NCBI GenBank assembly: GCA_964644495.1 | Contig: CAZXWU010000001.1 | Coordinates: forward strand, 1 to 37,359 | Direction of reading: 5' to 3' | DNA: 37,359 nucleotides | Source: an uncultured Tissierella sp. | GTDB lineage: Bacteria; Bacillota; Clostridia; Tissierellales; Tissierellaceae | Shown here: positions 34,903 through 37,359 of the stretch, piece after piece | How positions within the stretch are numbered: the first letter of the stretch is position 1 | Layout: each line of letters begins with the position of its first letter | Notes under the pieces: model-generated | Seen by the model: only the letters and a program-made list of their open reading frames with translations | What the model was told of the DNA's origin: nothing | Databases searched by the model: none | Position numbers and translations under genes: made by a program

Positions 34903-35628
34903 TTATTTTTCCTCCTTAACTTTGCCTAAAGACCTTCTAGATATTAATTGTTGTATAATACTAAATATATTACCTACTACCCAATACAAGGCTAATCCTC
35001 CTGCAAATCCTCTTGCTGCCATAAATATCATTATAGGCATAAAATAAAGCATACTTTTTTGCATTGACTGTGCTTGTTGCGCTTGTGGATTTTTTTTATC
35101 AGCTTCAGGTTTAGGCATTAAAGTAGTTTGTAAATATGTAGTTAAAGCTGCTAATAAAGGTAGCCCCCACATATATGGATCTGAATTTTCTAAATTACTA
35201 ATCCAAAAGAATGATTTATTCATAGCCTCATATGCTGCTGGGTCTGTAAATGCATATTTAATTGGTTCTCTTAAAACTGAAAAGAATGCAATTATAATAG
35301 GCATTTGAATCAATAAGATCAAACAAGATCCAGATGGTTTATAATTATGTTCTTTATATAATTCTTGTAACTTTTTTTGTTGAGTTTGTGGATCACTTTT
35401 ATACTTAGTCTGTATTTCTTTCATCAATGGCTGTAATTCGTTCATCTTTTTTGATGATCTTGTTTGTGATAAGGCTACAGGCAACATGGCAAATTTAAAA
35501 ATTATTGTAGTTATAATTATTGCCATAGCATAATAAGAAAAATTCTCTGTTTCAAGACCAGTTGTAGAAACTAAATCGTATATAAATTTCAACAGTGACC
35601 CTAGTATATTACCTAGAAAAGCTGTCAT
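34903..35628 (-). CDS. yidC: membrane protein insertase YidC/SpoIIIJ family
   Basis: 241 aa and polytopic. 'MNELQPLMKEIQTKYKSDPQTQQKKLQELYKEHNYKP' is a conserved YidC loop. Confidence 0.9.
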   Translation of the reverse strand: MTAFLGNILGSLLKFIYDLVSTTGLETENFSYYAMAIIITTIIFKFAMLPVALSQTRSSKKMNELQPLMKEIQTKYKSDPQTQQKKLQELYKEHNYKPSGSCLILLIQMPIIIAFFSVLREPIKYAFTDPAAYEAMNKSFFWISNLENSDPYMWGLPLLAALTTYLQTTLMPKPEADKKNPQAQQAQSMQKSMLYFMPIMIFMAARGFAGGLALYWVVGNIFSIIQQLISRRSLGKVKEEK

Positions 35629-35642
35629 TAATTAACCCCCTA

Positions 35643-35858
35643 TCATATAAGCGGATCATACCCTCCCTTACTAAAAGGATTGCACCTAAGTATTCTATAT
35701 ATTGTCAAATAAGTTCCCTTTAGAAAACCATATTTACTATAAGCTTCTAGAGAATACTGTGAGCAAGTAGGATAAAATCTGCAATTTCTTCCTCTTAATA
35801 TATATTTCGAAATAAATTTTTGATAAAATCTAATCAGTAAAATTGCGATTTTAGTCAT
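35643..35858 (-). CDS. yidD: membrane protein insertion efficiency factor YidD
   Basis: 71 aa with '[14 protein letters not shown]' and '[12 protein letters not shown]'. Confidence 0.85.
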   Translation of the reverse strand: MTKIAILLIRFYQKFISKYILRGRNCRFYPTCSQYSLEAYSKYGFLKGTYLTIYRILRCNPFSKGGYDPLI

Positions 35859-35868
35859 ATATTATCAC

Positions 35869-36216
35869 CTAATCTCGTCTCTTTAGGACCTTTGCAATTT
35901 TCATTATATGGATCATCGAACCTTCTAATTCTTTATATGAAATATTAACAATATTTCTCTTAGGTATAAAAACCAAATCATATCCATTTTTTATATTATC
36001 TAAATTCAATCTGTAAGCTTCTTTCAATCTTCTCCTGATCTTGTTTCTTAATACTGAGTTCCCATGTTTCTTAGTTATTGTAAATCCAACCCTTGTCTCA
36101 TCTAATTTATTCTTTTTTGCATATAGTATAAAATTTCTATTCCAATATTTCCTACCTAGACTATATACACTCTTAAACTCCATATTCTTTCTCAATCGAT
36201 ATTTTTTTTTCATCAA
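35869..36216 (-). CDS. rnpA: ribonuclease P protein component
   Basis: 115 aa and basic, with 'NKIRRRLKEAYR' (RNR motif). Lies downstream of rpmH. Confidence 0.9.
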   Translation of the reverse strand: MMKKKYRLRKNMEFKSVYSLGRKYWNRNFILYAKKNKLDETRVGFTITKKHGNSVLRNKIRRRLKEAYRLNLDNIKNGYDLVFIPKRNIVNISYKELEGSMIHIMKIAKVLKRRD

Positions 36217-36243
36217 AAAACTCCCAATTATAGTAGCATTACT

Positions 36244-36267
36244 AAAAAGACCACCTAAATAGTGGCC
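36244..36267 (-). terminator. small hairpin plus T-run between rpmH and rnpA (attenuator-like)
   Basis: On the minus strand, the stem ggccac/gtggtc (one G-U pair) is followed by ttttt and abuts the rpmH stop codon. Confidence 0.4.
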
Positions 36268-36402
36268 TTATGCAGTTAATTTCTTTCTACCTCTTAATCT
36301 TCTATTTTTAATGATTTGTCTGCCTGCTTTAGTTTTCATTCTTTTTCTAAATCCATGTTCTCTACTTCTTTGTCTTTTCTTTGGTTGATATGTTCTTTTC
36401 AT
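36268..36402 (-). CDS. rpmH: 50S ribosomal protein L34
   Basis: Not in the ORF track (44 aa). Minus-strand translation gives [44 protein letters not shown], with GGGAGGTG upstream. Confidence 0.9.
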   Translation of the reverse strand: MKRTYQPKKRQRSREHGFRKRMKTKAGRQIIKNRRLRGRKKLTA

Positions 36403-36419
36403 TTAACTACACCTCCCTA

Positions 36420-36935
36420 AAACTTCTTATATATAAAATATAGAGTTATCATAATCAAAGCATAAAACTAGACACTACTATTGATTATATTTATTTCTAG
36501 TAGCTATGTCAAGAATTATAAAGCTTTAAGACTATTATATTAATTGTTAACAATATGTTAGTATTGTGGATAATTTTATTGTCTTAATCAATTATTTTTG
36601 ATATCATAGAATAAATGTGAATAATATCTTAATAAATTAAATACTGCTAGACTTATTCACAAATTGTGGATAAGTTGTGGGTAAGTTATGTATTGTTATT
36701 AGCAATCTAGTAAATAATTAGTAATATGCCCTTTACTTATGCACAAAATATTTTATTATTGACTGTGAATAATTGGCATAACTATTTTTGATAATTATAT
36801 TTAAACAGGTTGTTGATTTTTTTATCCACATTTTTATTATAAACTATTTTTAGAAATTTTACTATTTATTATAAAAAATATGTTGATAATTATGTTGACA
36901 AACTAATATATTTTTAAATTTTAAGGGGGTATAAT
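36420..36935. other. oriC (rpmH-dnaA intergenic DnaA-box cluster, including the dnaA promoter region)
   Basis: Perfect TTATCCACA boxes at 36565-36573 (-), 36665-36673 (-) and 36822-36830 (+). One-mismatch boxes at 36616-36624, 36653-36661, 36676-36684, 36737-36745 and 36764-36772. The surroundings are very AT-rich. Confidence 0.85.
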
Positions 36936-37359
36936 ATGTCATCAAATTTAGATAGTATTTGGAATGATGTCCTAGATATTATCAAAGTGGAGTTAACCGA
37001 AGTAAGCTATAATACTTGGCTAAAAACAATTATCCCTGTTAATATATCTAACAATACTATCATGTTGGCAGCACCAAATGATTTTACTAAAGGTATATTA
37101 GAGGGAAGATATCTAAATTTAATTAAAAATGCTATCAAAGAAGTAACTAAAGAGGATTACTCCATAGAGTTTACCATTCCTGGAGAAGAGCGGGGATTTA
37201 AAGTTGGACAATCAATTAAACAGGAAATCCAGGAAAATAATATTAGAATACAATTAAACCCTAAGTATTCCTTTAATACATTTGTTATTGGTAATAGCAA
37301 TAGATTTGCCCATGCCGCATCATTGGCAGTAGCGGAAGCTCCTGCAAAAGCCTATAATC
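36936..37359 (+). CDS. dnaA: chromosomal replication initiator DnaA (5' partial, runs off the window)
   Basis: ATG after 'aagggggtataat'. Translation '[32 protein letters not shown]...[30 protein letters not shown]' is the canonical DnaA domain I-III junction. Confidence 0.95.
   Translation, partial: MSSNLDSIWNDVLDIIKVELTEVSYNTWLKTIIPVNISNNTIMLAAPNDFTKGILEGRYLNLIKNAIKEVTKEDYSIEFTIPGEERGFKVGQSIKQEIQENNIRIQLNPKYSFNTFVIGNSNRFAHAASLAVAEAPAKAYN

Noticed and set aside
36545-36561. WalR-like dyad TGTTAA-caata-TGTTAG inside oriC
   Set aside because: The last base (G) violates the consensus. The site lies in extremely AT-rich origin DNA where such near-matches are expected, and there is no adjacent cell-wall gene.

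Overview
This is an origin-proximal chromosomal segment from a low-GC Firmicute; it looks Clostridia/Tissierellia-like and AT-rich by eye, but nothing was computed. At the right end are an oriC DnaA-box cluster and the 5' part of dnaA (+). Before them, on the minus strand, lies the canonical array rpmH-rnpA-yidD-yidC-jag-mnmE-mnmG-rsmG-noc-soj-spo0J, with two perfect parS palindromes. In the middle are a cyclodeaminase-family gene, a degraded IS200/RayT-like transposase pseudogene, a class-V cysteine desulfurase, DUF4446, a DagK-family lipid kinase, a LysM-G5-M23 peptidase, a DUF45/M48 peptidase, an S8 protease, a GNAT, a thioesterase and a P2-type ATPase behind a yybP-ykoY (Mn2+) riboswitch. 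Next comes a complete walR-walK-(extra ORF)-yycH-yycI-walJ-htrA-like operon, followed by tpx, rlmH, DUF2200, an M15 peptidase, a Dph6-like PP-loop ATPase, a MATE exporter, an MBL hydrolase and three small genes, two of them Cys-rich. I see no cas genes, restriction systems, toxin-antitoxin pairs, phage genes or intact mobile elements, so I cannot support a claim of a novel multi-gene system. The observations most worth a second look are all non-coding. (a) Two near-consensus Noc-binding-site palindromes, plus degenerate copies inside 40-bp tandem repeats. (b) A family of long palindromic REPIN/MITE-like elements bracketing tpx. (c) Perfect WalR boxes in front of an uncharacterised secreted-protein gene inserted in the wal operon and in front of the M23 peptidase gene. 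(d) A Mn riboswitch driving a Ca/Mn-type P-ATPase. All family assignments come from motif recognition by eye; no database search was possible.
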